Shown: positions 1-12,702 of the stretch, piece by piece
Numbering within the stretch: position 1 is the stretch's first letter
Layout of the letters: every line of letters begins with the position of its first letter
Assembly (NCBI GenBank): GCA_036630325.1
Contig: CP142732.1
Span: forward strand, 1,178,001-1,234,891
Reading direction: 5' to 3'
Source: Vairimorpha necatrix
Lineage: Eukaryota
Length of the DNA: 56,891 nucleotides
Made by a program: the position numbers and the translations under genes
The notes under the pieces: generated by a model
What the model was told of the DNA's origin: nothing
Database searches by the model: none
The model's input: the letters and a program-made list of their open reading frames with translations, nothing else

Positions 1-218
1 TTAGATATATAAAAAAAACGAACCTAAGGCAAGTTGACATGCCGAAATCGACAATGACTGATATTAACTCAATATTAATATCTTGGATCAGTTATGTAAT
101 TTTTTGAGAGGACAACAAGAGGGTATTTGGATACTAAAAAGTAGCTTTGCTTGAAAAAATTTAAATCGGAAAGAGCTATATAAGTTTGTTAAAAGATTTG
201 TAAAACAGAAGTAATTAA

Positions 219-2016
219 TGTCACAGTTAGTTGGTGGAACCAGTTAGTAGAGGGAACCCTAAAAAAATTTATAAAAAAAGACCCCCGTGGGAATCGAACT
301 TGGGACTTCTCGAAAGAATACAATCACAATGAACGACTTTTTTGAGACGGTTCTAAATTTGTCCTAATTGTATTATGGGGTATATTTCGAGTAATTTTAT
401 ATAAATTTGGAGGGAAAATAAAAAAAAATAAAATAAACAACTTTTTAAAAATTTATTCGTTATCAAGCAATCTCAGATCTCTAGTGTAAATTTCTTCTAT
501 AATAAGCAATGGATCGGCCTCTTTAGATAATTTTACTTTATTAAATTGAAGTATATCCATTACAATATATACATCGACATCCAAATGTTCGTATAGAGAT
601 AGCCTTCTAGTACTTTGATTATTGTCTAAATATGGTCTTATAAGAACCCTATCTCCCAATTTATATTCATAGAAGTCATTTCTCCACATACTTCTTTCAA
701 TCATTCTATTAGCAGCATTTTGAGTATTAAACCGTGCAGATTCGTGGTAAACTTAATTTAAAAAAAGATTTTCATTGTTTAAAGCATATAGTTCTTCGTA
801 ATTTACGACGTTACTTTCTTCAAAAACAAATTCTTCTCTTCGTTCTTCTTCCTCGTTTTCAACTTCGTTTTTTTTTGCAACCGAATCTATTTTATCAGTG
901 ATTCTAGATTCTTGCATCATGTCTTTAATGGGTTTACCAAAAATTAAACCGAATGTAGTTTGTTTAGTTGTTTTTGCCTTAAGTTGTTATATGCCCAGTT
1001 AACTTCTTGGCGTACTATGGTCCATTGCCCTAAGATATTCTTCGACCTCAGAGTAGATTCAATCATCCATTTTATTGTTTGATTGCATCGTTCTATCTGT
1101 TCTTGTATCCAAGGACATCTAGCTCTTCCTATTACATGTCTTATTTCATACTTTACACATAAATTCACGATATATTGATTAACAAATTCTCTACCGTTGT
1201 CGGTATGAAGTATAAAACAAGATCCAAACGTATTGAATAGTGTTTCAAAGGCATCACGCACACTAATGCCAGTTTTGTCACACAATGGAATCGTCCAACA
1301 GAACTTGGTAAATGAATCCACTACGTTAAGTAACCATTTATATCCATCATTGAGTTTGTGATACAATCGAAGATCAATCAAATCAGCAATTTACCTTTCT
1401 CTATAATATTTTGAAATGATTGGTCTAATAACTGGTCTAGTTATTAGATTTCTTCTTGCTTGACAAATATCACAACTTTTCAAAACTCCTCAGTACTTCG
1501 TTTTGAGTAACGTCGTATACTTTTGATTGTAACAATGGATACAATCTGTCACGCCCAGGATGTCCATTAGAAACATGAATCAGTTTGATGAAATCCAGTT
1601 TGAAACGCTGCTCATTAGTTGTAAAGAATCTCAATGATCTATATTAATCTACTTTAAACCTCACAGTTAGTTCAAAACTTCCATTGTTGTTTTCTTCAAA
1701 CAACATGAAACGTTCAGCTTTTCTTTAAAAATTTTTACGATCAACTTTGTCCAACAACGTTGGTGGCAGCTGACCATATAATAAAAAATTGTAAACTTCT
1801 TGTCTTTTATCATTGTCCATTTTTATTCTCATAACCCCACAAAAAAAAAAAATTATTTACTATAAATTGAAGGATAATTTTACTGTAATTTCTTATAATA
1901 TTTTTTTTCCTTTCTAAGTAAATTTTGTTTTTCTTCAAAAGGTCCTGGGTTCGATCCCCACAGAGCTCTTTTTTAGGGTTCCCTCTACTAACTGGTTCCC
2001 TCTACTAACTGCGACA
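219..2016 (-). mobile_element. Ginger2/TDD-like (KRBA2/SCAND3-type integrase) DNA transposon with TIRs
   Basis: Termini TGT...ACA. Imperfect ~90-bp TIRs (tgtcacagttagttggtggaaccagttagtagagggaaccctaaaaaa versus the reverse complement of 1970-2016). 5-bp TSD ATTAA at 214-218 and 2017-2021. Encodes only an integrase, with no RT or gag. Confidence 0.88.
453..1832 (-). pseudogene. Frameshifted DDE integrase/transposase (HHCC zinc finger, rve core, C-terminal GPY/F-like region)
   Basis: ATG at 1832 preceded by GGGGTT. Motifs HVSNGHPGRD...CDICQ, DLIDL, VDSFTKF, ILHTDNGREF, IERCNQTIK and YKLGDRVLI. Broken into pieces including ORFs 944-1381 and 453-704. Confidence 0.9.
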
Positions 2017-4517
2017 ATTAATAATGTTCTTATATCTTGCTTAATGAAGGAACTTTAGTTAAAATTTGTAAATTTTTATTTTGTAAAAATATAAATTTAT
2101 GCAGTAGACAATGTTTGTTTATACAACCCAGATTATTTACCTCTTAGAGTGGAATATTCTAGGAATTACTACAAAATAAACAAGAATTTAGCTTATTGTA
2201 TTCCCTCTTAGTATGTAGTAAATATTTTTTTTATACCCAAAAAAAAAGATTTCTTAGTACAGCAGAATCTACAAATGTTTAACTTAAAAAAAAGGTAGAC
2301 ACAAAAGCATTGACCACTATAACATTAAATGAAATTAAAATTTCCCCATTGTTTGATAAAAGAACCAATATTTTTAAAGAGAAGTTGTCATGCAATTAAA
2401 AATTTTTACTAAAATTAAAAACTATTGGGCAGCAAATAACATATATTTATGTGAACTGTCTATAATAAAAATTAAAAAACTTAAATACTATGCATGTAAC
2501 GTCATGAAATGGAGTTGTGACTAATATTACAAAAGCGCATTATAAACGAACAATCTAGTTTTATTTATTAAAACAACTTGTCTTGTGTAATAAAAGCCTA
2601 TGAGTTTTTTTTTTTATTTTAATTGAGACTGGCTTGCTAGGAGAAAATGAGAATTAATTAGAGCTGTTTTTGTTTCAGGCCGAAGTAATATTTGATGAGA
2701 AAAATAGGCAAATAGAGTCGCACATATGATTTTACAAGTTTACAAGCATACTTTACATTATCTAACAGATGTTATATCATAACAGCATCAAGCACTGCAG
2801 AAATTAATTGTTAAAAAAATCTAAAAAAATTATTACGCCCTAAAATTTATATGTTTATAAATAAGTACATTATTTAATGATTTCTTTTATAATAAACATT
2901 AAAAAAAAAATGCTTTTAGGATTTAAATTATAATATAAGTAGATTTAAAAATAGAAAAAAAAAATACTTGAAAGAGTTATGATAAAATATTCCTAGTATA
3001 TAAATTATATCTTTTAATGTTTTACTTTATTAATCTTTAGTTGTCTCAATTATAAAATCTTAAAATATTTTCATATACAATGACATCTATAATAAAGAAA
3101 ACTCTTAAAATAAGTGTATTAATGAAATTTCTATATGCAAAATAATTGCAATATTTATAATGGTATTGATTACAAGTTATATTTTAATAATATGTTTTTT
3201 TATTTGAAATTTACCATAATTATAAATGTTTACAACTACATGACTTAAAAGGTTAACGAGGGAACATAATTCATTTATTTGTACCATTTCATACTAATTA
3301 AATCATTATAGATGAAAAAAAAATGTATATATTGTTAAAAGCTATATAATAAGACAAAAAATTAGGCTTTACCTAATGTATTGTTTAAAAACTTGTTTAA
3401 AACACTAAAAATATGTTACTATTTTCACAATAATTAAAAAAATAGAATAGAAATGTAATATATAAATGTATATATATATTAAACATTGATTTTTTATAAG
3501 GCAATCGAAAATAAGATTTATTATTTTGTTTAATAATATGTTTTAACTAAATCTATAAATGACTTTTTCGCTAAATATAAATGTGTATTTCTAAACTCTA
3601 GTTTTTTAAATGCTTTGACTTAAAAACTAAAAGTAAAAGATATGATTTTTTACTTATGTGTAAAAGTGCAGGTAAAGTAGAATAACCCATTTATTATACA
3701 AATTTCTTTTTACACCATTTGATAATTATCTTCAAATTGATGAACGATGTGTGATAAACCTAATCATTTAAACAATATAATAAAATAAGTCTTTGCGCAA
3801 AAAATATATTTAGATACTGTTGTGTCAACAAAAAGATTTAAAAAAAAACAAATTATGAAAATAGAATCGTTTAGTTTGCTTTATAGTCCTGATTATTGAA
3901 AAATCAACATTGTAGATAGTATATAAATGTTTAAAAATATCGTTTTACTGATGTCAAAACATGAGAATATTACTGTTGTAACCCTAGTTACCAATCATTA
4001 CTCTCTATCAGATATCAAACTGTTAAATCTACTACTAATCTAATCCGACAAAGTTGTTACAAACCATTGTTTTGAACACAAATATAAAAAGGAACCTTTT
4101 CAATAACCTTGCAATTTCGTTCAAACTCATCTACTCTTTTAAACAAATACATTCACAGTTTCTAAACTTTAGAGAAAAACAATCTATTTTTTTGTGAATT
4201 TTATTATTTTATTTATAATGTTTATGTATCTAGACGAAAATTGTATAAATTTTTTTTCTATTCTTGTTTGAAAAAGTATTAATGGCCGACTTCAGGTTCA
4301 AATTATGTTCAAATGAAGCTATATTATCTGTATTCGTAATGTAGTAGTCCCCAACATTTTTGCACACTATAAAATTTTTATCGAAATAAAATACATTTTT
4401 CATTTTAACAGTATATAAAAAAGATGAAAGATGTTTTTTTTGTTTTATTATTATAGTAAAAAAAAAAATAAGACTCTCTTGTTACTTTTAAATATTAATT
4501 TTGAAAATGGTTTAATT

Positions 4518-5048
4518 TTAACGTATTATAAAATTTTCGTTAGATTCTAAGATTTCCATTAGTTTATCATATATCCGAGGTTTAAACAAATTAACAACAT
4601 TTCCGTCGATCTGTAGTTTATAACTAATATTAAACAATTTCTTTAGCTTGTTTATTCCCTCTCTAGTAAATTCTGTGCTATCAAAACAGCTGATTAGATA
4701 TAAAATTTTAAAGCTACTCATCGCAATAGAAGCTACGAATCTTTGTTCTGAGGATACGTTATCTAAATTCTCAATTTCACGGTGTAAAAATTTGTCCAAC
4801 CAATTTTTAAAATTTCTAAATTTTAGTAATTCTTTAATTTTTTTGTCTGTACATTTCAATTTCTTAAATGAATATTGAATATCGGGCTGTTGCTTTATAA
4901 AATTTATGAAAGTCTTAGACACAATACTAAAATTTTTACGTTTAAAATTAGCAGGCAATGCTGTAGAATAAGCAATGTTTTCATTGGTTTGAATTTGATC
5001 TGTGTATAAACAAAAATATGATGGAAGAAAGATCAATAAGAAGCGCAT
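4518..5048 (-). CDS. Hypothetical secreted protein (~176 aa)
   Basis: Open frame in very AT-rich DNA. The likely ATG at 5048 (MRFLLIFLPSYFC, signal-peptide-like) is preceded by CCCC, the microsporidian start-proximal motif. Confidence 0.8.
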   Translation of the reverse strand: MRFLLIFLPSYFCLYTDQIQTNENIAYSTALPANFKRKNFSIVSKTFINFIKQQPDIQYSFKKLKCTDKKIKELLKFRNFKNWLDKFLHREIENLDNVSSEQRFVASIAMSSFKILYLISCFDSTEFTREGINKLKKLFNISYKLQIDGNVVNLFKPRIYDKLMEILESNENFIIR

Positions 5049-8000
5049 TATGGGGCACAAAATATTTATATTATTTATAGGTAGTCAATGAATAATGATT
5101 ATGTGTAAAATAAACTTATGTGTTTAAATCACAATTAACTCTATAATTTTCTAAATGTATATTTGATGGATGACTTGTCAAAATAAGTAAAAATATTTTA
5201 CAATGGGGAGACGAAAAAAAGTATATGATTATAAAAATATTAAAGTAAAAAAATTGATTACAAATCTTACGCATACTTTTTTTTCCAATCAGTTTAAAAT
5301 ATTATGAAAAAGAATAATCAATTAAACTACATGTTTGAAATCGTGTGATTTACAATATGATTATTGTCATAACAATGAAATGAAGATTAGTAATGAAGAA
5401 CATAATTAATTAAACATTTTTATCTATTTATGAATTCTTAAATAGTTCTAGTTTTGGATCTGAGACCAATCTGTTCAAATCATTATCAATAATATAACCG
5501 TTTAGTATAGTAAATTATTGACGTATAAAATACAGATGGTAACGATTGTTTTGATTCAATTTAGTTTTCATATAAAAACTGTCATCAAATATATTCGAAA
5601 TTTGACAGGTTGATCGATGATTTATATAACATTTTTAAAACGAAACTTAAATGACATTTAAAAAGAAACTGACATAATGCATAAAAAAAAATTAGAAAAA
5701 TTAAATTAAATAGAATATTACTAAGCGTGCCAGTGAACAGCGTTTACAAGTTATTCGTCAATTTTGATTATAGATCTAAAAAATGTATTAAATGCTTCTT
5801 ACATTACTTTTATTTACAACTTTAAGATTTCGTTTATAGTGTCCAAAGGCGTTTAGTATTTTAAGCATTGTTATGTTTAATTATATTGTTCCAAAGATAT
5901 TTTTTTGAGTTTTTTATTTTAAGTTTATCCAATCATCCTCTAAGTGTAGACCCTAGCTACTTCTGCCTCTCAATACTTTTCACTTTCGGCATTGATACAG
6001 ATTAATAGATTGTAAAGTCCATTTAGTTCAAAAAGCTTTATGTCTGATTCTTAAATTTTTTCGTCTGCTTCTTGATTTATTATATAAACTAAATATGTAT
6101 TCCATAATTTTGCAAATTTTGGAAGAATAAAATTGTTTATTAATATAAAATTTATTTAATGACAGCAAAATTAGCTATAACAATGAGTGGAGTTTAGAAA
6201 ACTTTGCTGTATTGATGTATAATTTTTTATTTTAAAAAGTTACAAAACATATAATTGAAGCCCAACGTAATTTTATTAATTTTAACTAATAGATAAAATA
6301 TAAAATTACAAATGATACTTCATCAAGTTGCTTGTAAGGAGAATTTGGATATTTATATAATTGACAAAATGTATGAAAAATAAAACAAAGGCCAAATTTA
6401 TAGTTATTAGAAAATTTAAATAGTCAGTAATAAACAAGATTACTAAGCTAAATTACCATCGATCTTAAGGAAGTTTTTTTTTTGATTTGTTGAAAAGATT
6501 TTAGATTTAACAAAACATATTATGGTCTAAATCAACATTTACATTATAATAAAAATCTGGATAAAATATAGAATCAAGAATGGACACAAAGAACATATTA
6601 AATTCTGAGCTCACTGTAAATGTAAATGGAACGATTAACGAACTAATGTTATATATTCGATCATACAAATGAGATTAATTATAATTAATTTTCTTTTTTT
6701 GCACAGAAAAAATTTAAATCGATCAAATTTTTATCGACAATGCTTTTATAATAGACTACGGTTCTCCCGCCTTTAAAACATTTTTAGTATCTGATTAATG
6801 TTTGGTTATTAAAGGCAAATATTGTACATTAGTAGTTAAATTACTTAAGCTATGAAAGAATTATAATCTCGGCAGACAATTCAAAGATAATACTTAATAA
6901 AATTGTTACTTTACTTAATTTTTTTTATAAAAGACGAAAACGTGAATAAACTCAATATGAAGATATACAGCAAACACACTTATTCAATATGATAACGTGA
7001 GTTTAAATAAGCGGCCTGGACATCCCATTATAAAATAAATGACGTATTGAAATTTTGTTTTTTGTAAATCATTTTTGCAATTTTAGTTGAATGTATAGTT
7101 AATATTTTGAGCAACAAAAAAAACAAAATTCAACGTAATAACGTTTAAGCCTATTAGAAAATAAATATACAAATGCAGTCAATGCACAATCTCAAATAAT
7201 CATATAGCGCAATGTATAGACATCTATTTTTAAATATGATTCATACCCTAGTCTACATAAAGAATATTATATAACCAAACAAATAATTTTCTTTCTTCAT
7301 ACATCTTCTTTAAACAATGAAGTAGTTAATATCTCCAAATATACTTTTTAAATCTATTTGTAAAGGGTATGATTAAACTTCATAATATCAGGTTAGAGAG
7401 ATTTTTTTAAGATTATATTATATAACCATACTAAATGTTTTTATAACTCTAAAAATTATTAGTTCCGTAACCAAAAAGTCTTTTTTGAAATAAAATTTAT
7501 ATTTTTAAATGTATACATTCTGTACATAATATATATTACGATACATATTTTTTTGCTAAAATATATTCTGATAGCTGTTATATACCTTTGTAGACTACAA
7601 TAATATTATAAATTGTCCACGTCGCAAAAACATAACTTCTTCATTTATATTATGAATGTTTACGCTATCTATAATAGCTCTTGATATTTCCAAAACTTAG
7701 TACACATAATAAAAAAAATTAAGATCTGCGTTTTTGCGCCTATTTATTTTAGATTCAAGTCTGTTCATTTTTGATCTTTTTTTCTTGCTACAATTGAATA
7801 TTTGGGTTGTGATAGATACAATCTTTACACTTTAATTTGTCAAATTTTATACAATTTTATCATATGAGAGGGACATATTGAATATTTAATTTATTTGACT
7901 GCTACAAAAAGACTTTATTTATCACTAGAAAAAATAATTTTTTTTTGAACAAAAAACGTTGACATCAATATTATATCAATCTATTTATTTGATATGTATC

Positions 8001-9540
8001 GCCATAAAACTGTTGATATTTTAGAAAAAGGATGTTTTTTACATATGAATTCTATACTTTCAGATTCGTGGGCTTGATGTTAATCATGTCAGATTTATAA
8101 AAAAATCTCGCCCTCAATATCTTTCCGAACTATTAAACTTTAATATGAAATTTTCGTTTTTTTCTAATTTTTACATACAAACATTTTATTTTGTATTGCT
8201 ATTTCCGTACTATTTAAAATATGTGTAATTTAATATAGAGGCATTAGGATATATAGAGGGGCTAGTTAAGAATACTATTCTAGTCAACCTTATATTATAG
8301 CTAATTTTGAAAATATTCGTATGTTATACTCATCATTCGACACTATTTATACTGCAAAAAACAATACAAACAATATACAATTATACATATGTACTCTCAT
8401 TCGTACACAACAAAACAAATGATTTAAAACATCGCGCTTTTTTATTTGCATTAAGGTTAGAATCAAATAATTGCTTTTAGTGCAAAGAAGAAAACCATAT
8501 TTTAATAATTTACAGAAAAACGCATACAATATAGTACATATCTAACAAATTTTCATTTATATTTGTTTTTCTCACATCAAATTAGCTTGTATACTTGTTT
8601 AATAAAAGGTTTCAATTGTTACAAAAATTTTAAATCAAGAAAATTTACATTCAAAAGACTAATAAGTAATTCAAAAAATAGAGCAGATGTCGAAAGTTTT
8701 TTTTATTATAGGTTACTGACATGAACCGGAGTAATATCTCCGTTTTTTAAATACATTTCTAAAATATTTGTATTATATTTCTTTTTATTTGATTTGTTAT
8801 TAAAGTTACTCTTCATGCTCGGTGTCTTCTAACTTTTTTGGACTATTTATATTTATTTATGAAACATAACGTTTCATGTCCGATCGTTAGAGATCACCGC
8901 CTTAGACTATTCGTTCGGGGCAGTGTTTTACTGATTAAAGTTTTAACACAGTAAAACACAGATGTCATGGTTTTGAGGACATGACAGTTACAATATATCT
9001 TTTTTGAAAAAATTCGCTATAACGTTAAGTTTTAATCCTAAGTAAAAATATTGAACAGATGTCTATGGGGGTTACTATTTTATAAAAAATTTATTTAGAA
9101 TAAAAATAACTAATTTTTTTTTCGTTATGTGATTTATATGCTTTAAAATATACAATTTAACAAATAACAACCTAAATTATATATCAAAGCCTTTTATAAA
9201 ATGAAAAAATTCGGTATAGTAATTTTTTACATATTATGGTATTTGTGAAGGAAACTTCCCTATATTCTTTTTTATTTGCATAAAACGCCTCTCTTATGAT
9301 AAAAAATTCTGAAAAACTTAGCATCCGTTTATTGTGCTACTAATTAGCTTTTTTGATAAAAAATAATTCAATTATTTGCATTATTTTTGTTCAGACAATA
9401 TAAATAAATATTAGCCATTTAAAAATTAAGCAATACTTTATGTATAATAATATTCTTATAATTAACATAAGCTGTAAGTTTATAGTTTGATCAATAATTT
9501 TTCGCTTTATCATATAGAGCTAATTAAAACAGACTTTTTT

Positions 9541-10379
9541 GGGTGAAGGATACTTTAGACCCCCCCCCTTTGAAGCGCTTCAATTTTTTTTTCGAACCCC
9601 AAAATTGAAGTGCAAAAAAAAAGAGGAGCAGGAAGGGGACAAAAATTACTAAGCACTTATGACATTAAAAACAATAAATAAATATATATTTATGTACACA
9701 ATTATATTTTAATACAAGTTTTTACAATAATATAAACCAATAAGCATTTTTTGCCCTTCCGATTTTTTAGAATTGGGGACAAAAACGCTCCCCTCTGAGA
9801 GTGTTCACTTTATAATTTTGAACCCCAAAAACGAAGTGCAAAATAAAGGAGAAGCAATCATTAGTACTCAAATTACTTGCATCTTCAAACAGTAAAAATA
9901 CCAAATAATAATATATTTGTATACGAAATTTAATTTAAAAAAAGAATATAACCATAAAACTATATAATTCTAAATAACTTAACATATTTTAAATTAAATT
10001 TTTTTGATTTAACAATCTGTAAAGATCGTTGAACATTTATTTAAATTTTCTTATATAAATAATATTTATAATTTTAATTGTTGGTTTATTATTAAAGTAG
10101 ATTTTTGAAGAAAATCTACTTTCATAATAAACCAACAATTAAAAAAAATTAAAAAAATAAGAAGGGCGAAAAAGACACAATACTACAAATGATTATTATA
10201 ACTAAATTTAAAATTAATTTTTGTATAAAAGTATATATTTATTTATTGTTTTTAATGTCATAAGTGCTTAGTAATTTTTGTCCCCTTCCTGCTCCTCTTT
10301 TTTTTTGCACTTCAATTTTGGGGTTCGAAAAAAAAATTGAAGCGCTTCAAAGGGGGGGGGTCTAAAGTACCCCACCTCC
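9541..10379. mobile_element. Non-autonomous Mutator(MULE)-like foldback element/MITE
   Basis: Near-perfect ~145-bp TIRs (tactttagacccccc...gacattaaaaacaataaataaaatata and its reverse complement at ~10233-10369). GG...CC ends. 9-bp TSD GACTTTTTT at 9532-9540 and 10380-10388. No ORF. Confidence 0.8.
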
Positions 10380-10779
10380 GACTTTTTTTTATGTTGATTA
10401 AATTATAAACAAAATGATTTCTAGTCGCTAAAGTTCATAAATTCTTTAAATTGTAAGTAAAATAGAGGCTTTAAGAATTTGATTATTTAAATTCCTAGAC
10501 TAGACATTTAATATAATTATTTGTCACAAATCTCTTCCCTATTTAAAAGTTATTTATTTTTTACAAATTTGATTAATGTTTTTATCAGTAAAAATATGCA
10601 TTTTAAAATATCAATCATAAAAAGTTTTCGGTAATACTCACATTTCATTATTTAGTCGATGTACTATAATAGTAATTTAATGCAAAAACTAATCTCTAAA
10701 AATTTTATATGTTCTTATATAGATATTGTATTAAAATTTATATATATAAATTTTACACCATTGTGATACATTTTTTCAA

Positions 10780-10852
10780 GGTGCCCTTATCACAGTGGTA
10801 GAATGCAATGCTTCCATTGAGCAATGGCTGGGTTCGATTCTCAGGGGCACCA
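10780..10852 (+). tRNA. tRNA-Gly(TCC)-like sequence, probably a pseudogene or SINE-type head
   Basis: Perfect acceptor stem GGTGCCC/GGGCACC, D-loop AGTGGTAG, T-arm CTGGG-TTCGATT-CTCAG, loop CT-TCC-AT. The anticodon and D stems do not pair properly. Confidence 0.7.
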
Positions 10853-10869
10853 AAATTGTTTCTGCTTTT

Positions 10870-11562
10870 TATGAAGCAGTTGGAACAACTCAGATGATGA
10901 AAATGTCCACGATAATCATTAAGTTGATTCAATGAAACTTGGGCGTGTCCAGCCACAACGGGATTAGCATCTAGTGTAGAAACGCACCTCAAAGCCAAAA
11001 AGAAGTATCACTCTTTGACTTAGAGATACATAAAAGTATCTAATGGGTACGGCCTAGTTGCTGCCCATGGCTGGTGCACTCTAGAGTGGGATCCTAGAGC
11101 TAAATAGGAGACTAGACGAAGTAGGGCAATAGAAGGTCTCGTGGACCCTATCATACAAGATTCTGTAACACGGTGGCCGAAACTAGTGGGAGACTGGTGT
11201 TCAACGCAGCCCAATAAAAACGCCGGGCTGGGGATGTGGTCGTGTAAGGGGCCGTGTGTGCAATACGGATGATTGTATTGACCTTTGAATCAGTACGATG
11301 ATGTCTCTCCTCGGGTTATATATAACCATGCCCGTTAAGTATATCCGCTGTGAGGTCACTCTGGACGCGATTTGAGGTATAAATAAAAAGTGCTCTCCTG
11401 GAGCCAAAGTCCAATGGATACGGCGGAGCTTGCTGCACCGGCAAGTTGTATGGGGGGAGTTTTAGTTAGTAAGAATCTCACAGTACCAGTTGGATGAGGA
11501 TCACAACTAAATCCTTTTGGTTTCTATGTAAGGTTTCTCCCTACTTCTTACTTGCAAGAAAA
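10870..11562 (+). ncRNA. Unidentified GC-rich structured non-coding island downstream of the tRNA-like head
   Basis: Sharp GC rise over the flanks, no credible ORF, many hairpins (ctctag/ctagag, actagt/actggt, cagccc/gggctg, cttgc/gcaag). Ends in an A-run. Confidence 0.4.
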
Positions 11563-12052
11563 AAAAATTTATGTGTGAAGTTTGTTTCTGTGGTATAATG
11601 GATCATACCACATGATTGTTAAAAACCAATTAATACTTAAACGCTGATGCTTCTTCGGAACGATCAGTTATGGTCGACTATCATTGGTCAGCCAAATCTT
11701 ATTTCTTTTATATTGGTTACCATGTATATAAATAAAGAAATTCCATGAACAACATGGTACAACATCAGAACGCAAACAAACACTCTTCCTTCTACAAATC
11801 AGATAAACAAAACTCTTTATAACAATAAACAATCCTTTCACTATAACTCTTTTAACTCCGGTTTTCACGGCTCCCCAAAATGTAGCATCATTGAATGCTT
11901 TCTTGCTACAGGCAAGCTCCCCGGTAAACACGCCAGTTTCAACATCCATCTTTTATTTCCAAGAATTTACAAAATAAATAACTAATTCGAATACATATAT
12001 CATAGTATATGGTCATAATATCAATTGAATTTGTTATAACTAGATAATAACC

Positions 12053-12702
12053 GGTACATGGCCGTTTGGAACCCGCTTTGGGAAAATGAACCCGCATTGA
12101 AATTTTAAAGGACCCCCTTTAAAAAAATGGCAAAATTGGCAAAAACAATGTTTGTTGAGGCAGATGAGGTTTTTAGTGATGTAATGTATTTATACGTGGA
12201 ATATAAAGAAAAGTTTATTTTGGAAACATTTGATGCTGAATCAGTGCGCCTTGCTCGTTTCTGTAGCTAGTAGAATGCTGCTTTTTCCTTGAGGTGATAC
12301 AAGAAAATGTATAACCTGTTTCTATATGATTTCTAATCAATGGGTAGCATATGATGTCACATTAGCTAAGCAAAGGGATGGAGCACAGTACTAATAATCA
12401 CTCCATAAATGCCGTAACCTCTAGCGATTCTGAGGCACAATATTATATAATTTAGTTGGTTTTGGCTCATTCCTATAAGAGATATTTGATCTTAACATAA
12501 ACAAAGAAGAACACTATGAGTACCTTTTACAGTTTCACTAGGCTTTTCAAATTCCCAAAAATATACGGATAAATTGTCTTCTGTCATTATTTAAAATAAA
12601 TCATCAAGTCCTTTTTTTATAACTTTTTTTTATTTTTCCCTTTTTTTGAATTTTTCAAAGCGGGTTCATTTTCCCAAAGCGGGTTCCAAACGGTCATGTA
12701 CC
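12053..12702 (+). mobile_element. Internally deleted Merlin (IS1016/IS1595-like) DNA transposon
   Basis: ~50-bp TIRs GGTACATGGCCGTTTGGAACCCGCTTTGGGAAAATGAACCCGC. Perfect 8-bp TSD TAATAACC at 12045-12052 and 12703-12710. Internal remnant ISNQWVAY...EHSTNNHS resembles the Merlin SDxWxAY...HxTVNHS motif. CCCCC motif before ATG 12127. Confidence 0.88.

Noticed and set aside
10625-10660. Resemblance to microsporidian SSU rRNA (gtaatactcac)
   Set aside because: Too short, and no other rRNA-conserved blocks lie nearby.
10753-11407. Short minus-strand ORFs of 64-81 aa
   Set aside because: Expected by chance in a GC-richer island. One is antisense to the tRNA-like head, and none has a recognisable motif.
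10870-11562. Telomerase RNA, RNase P/MRP, 5S rRNA, group I intron or hammerhead ribozyme
   Set aside because: Only isolated short motif matches (GAAGGTCT, GAGACTAGA, CCGAAAC, GGTACGGCC) without their required partners. No CCTAA-type template on either strand.
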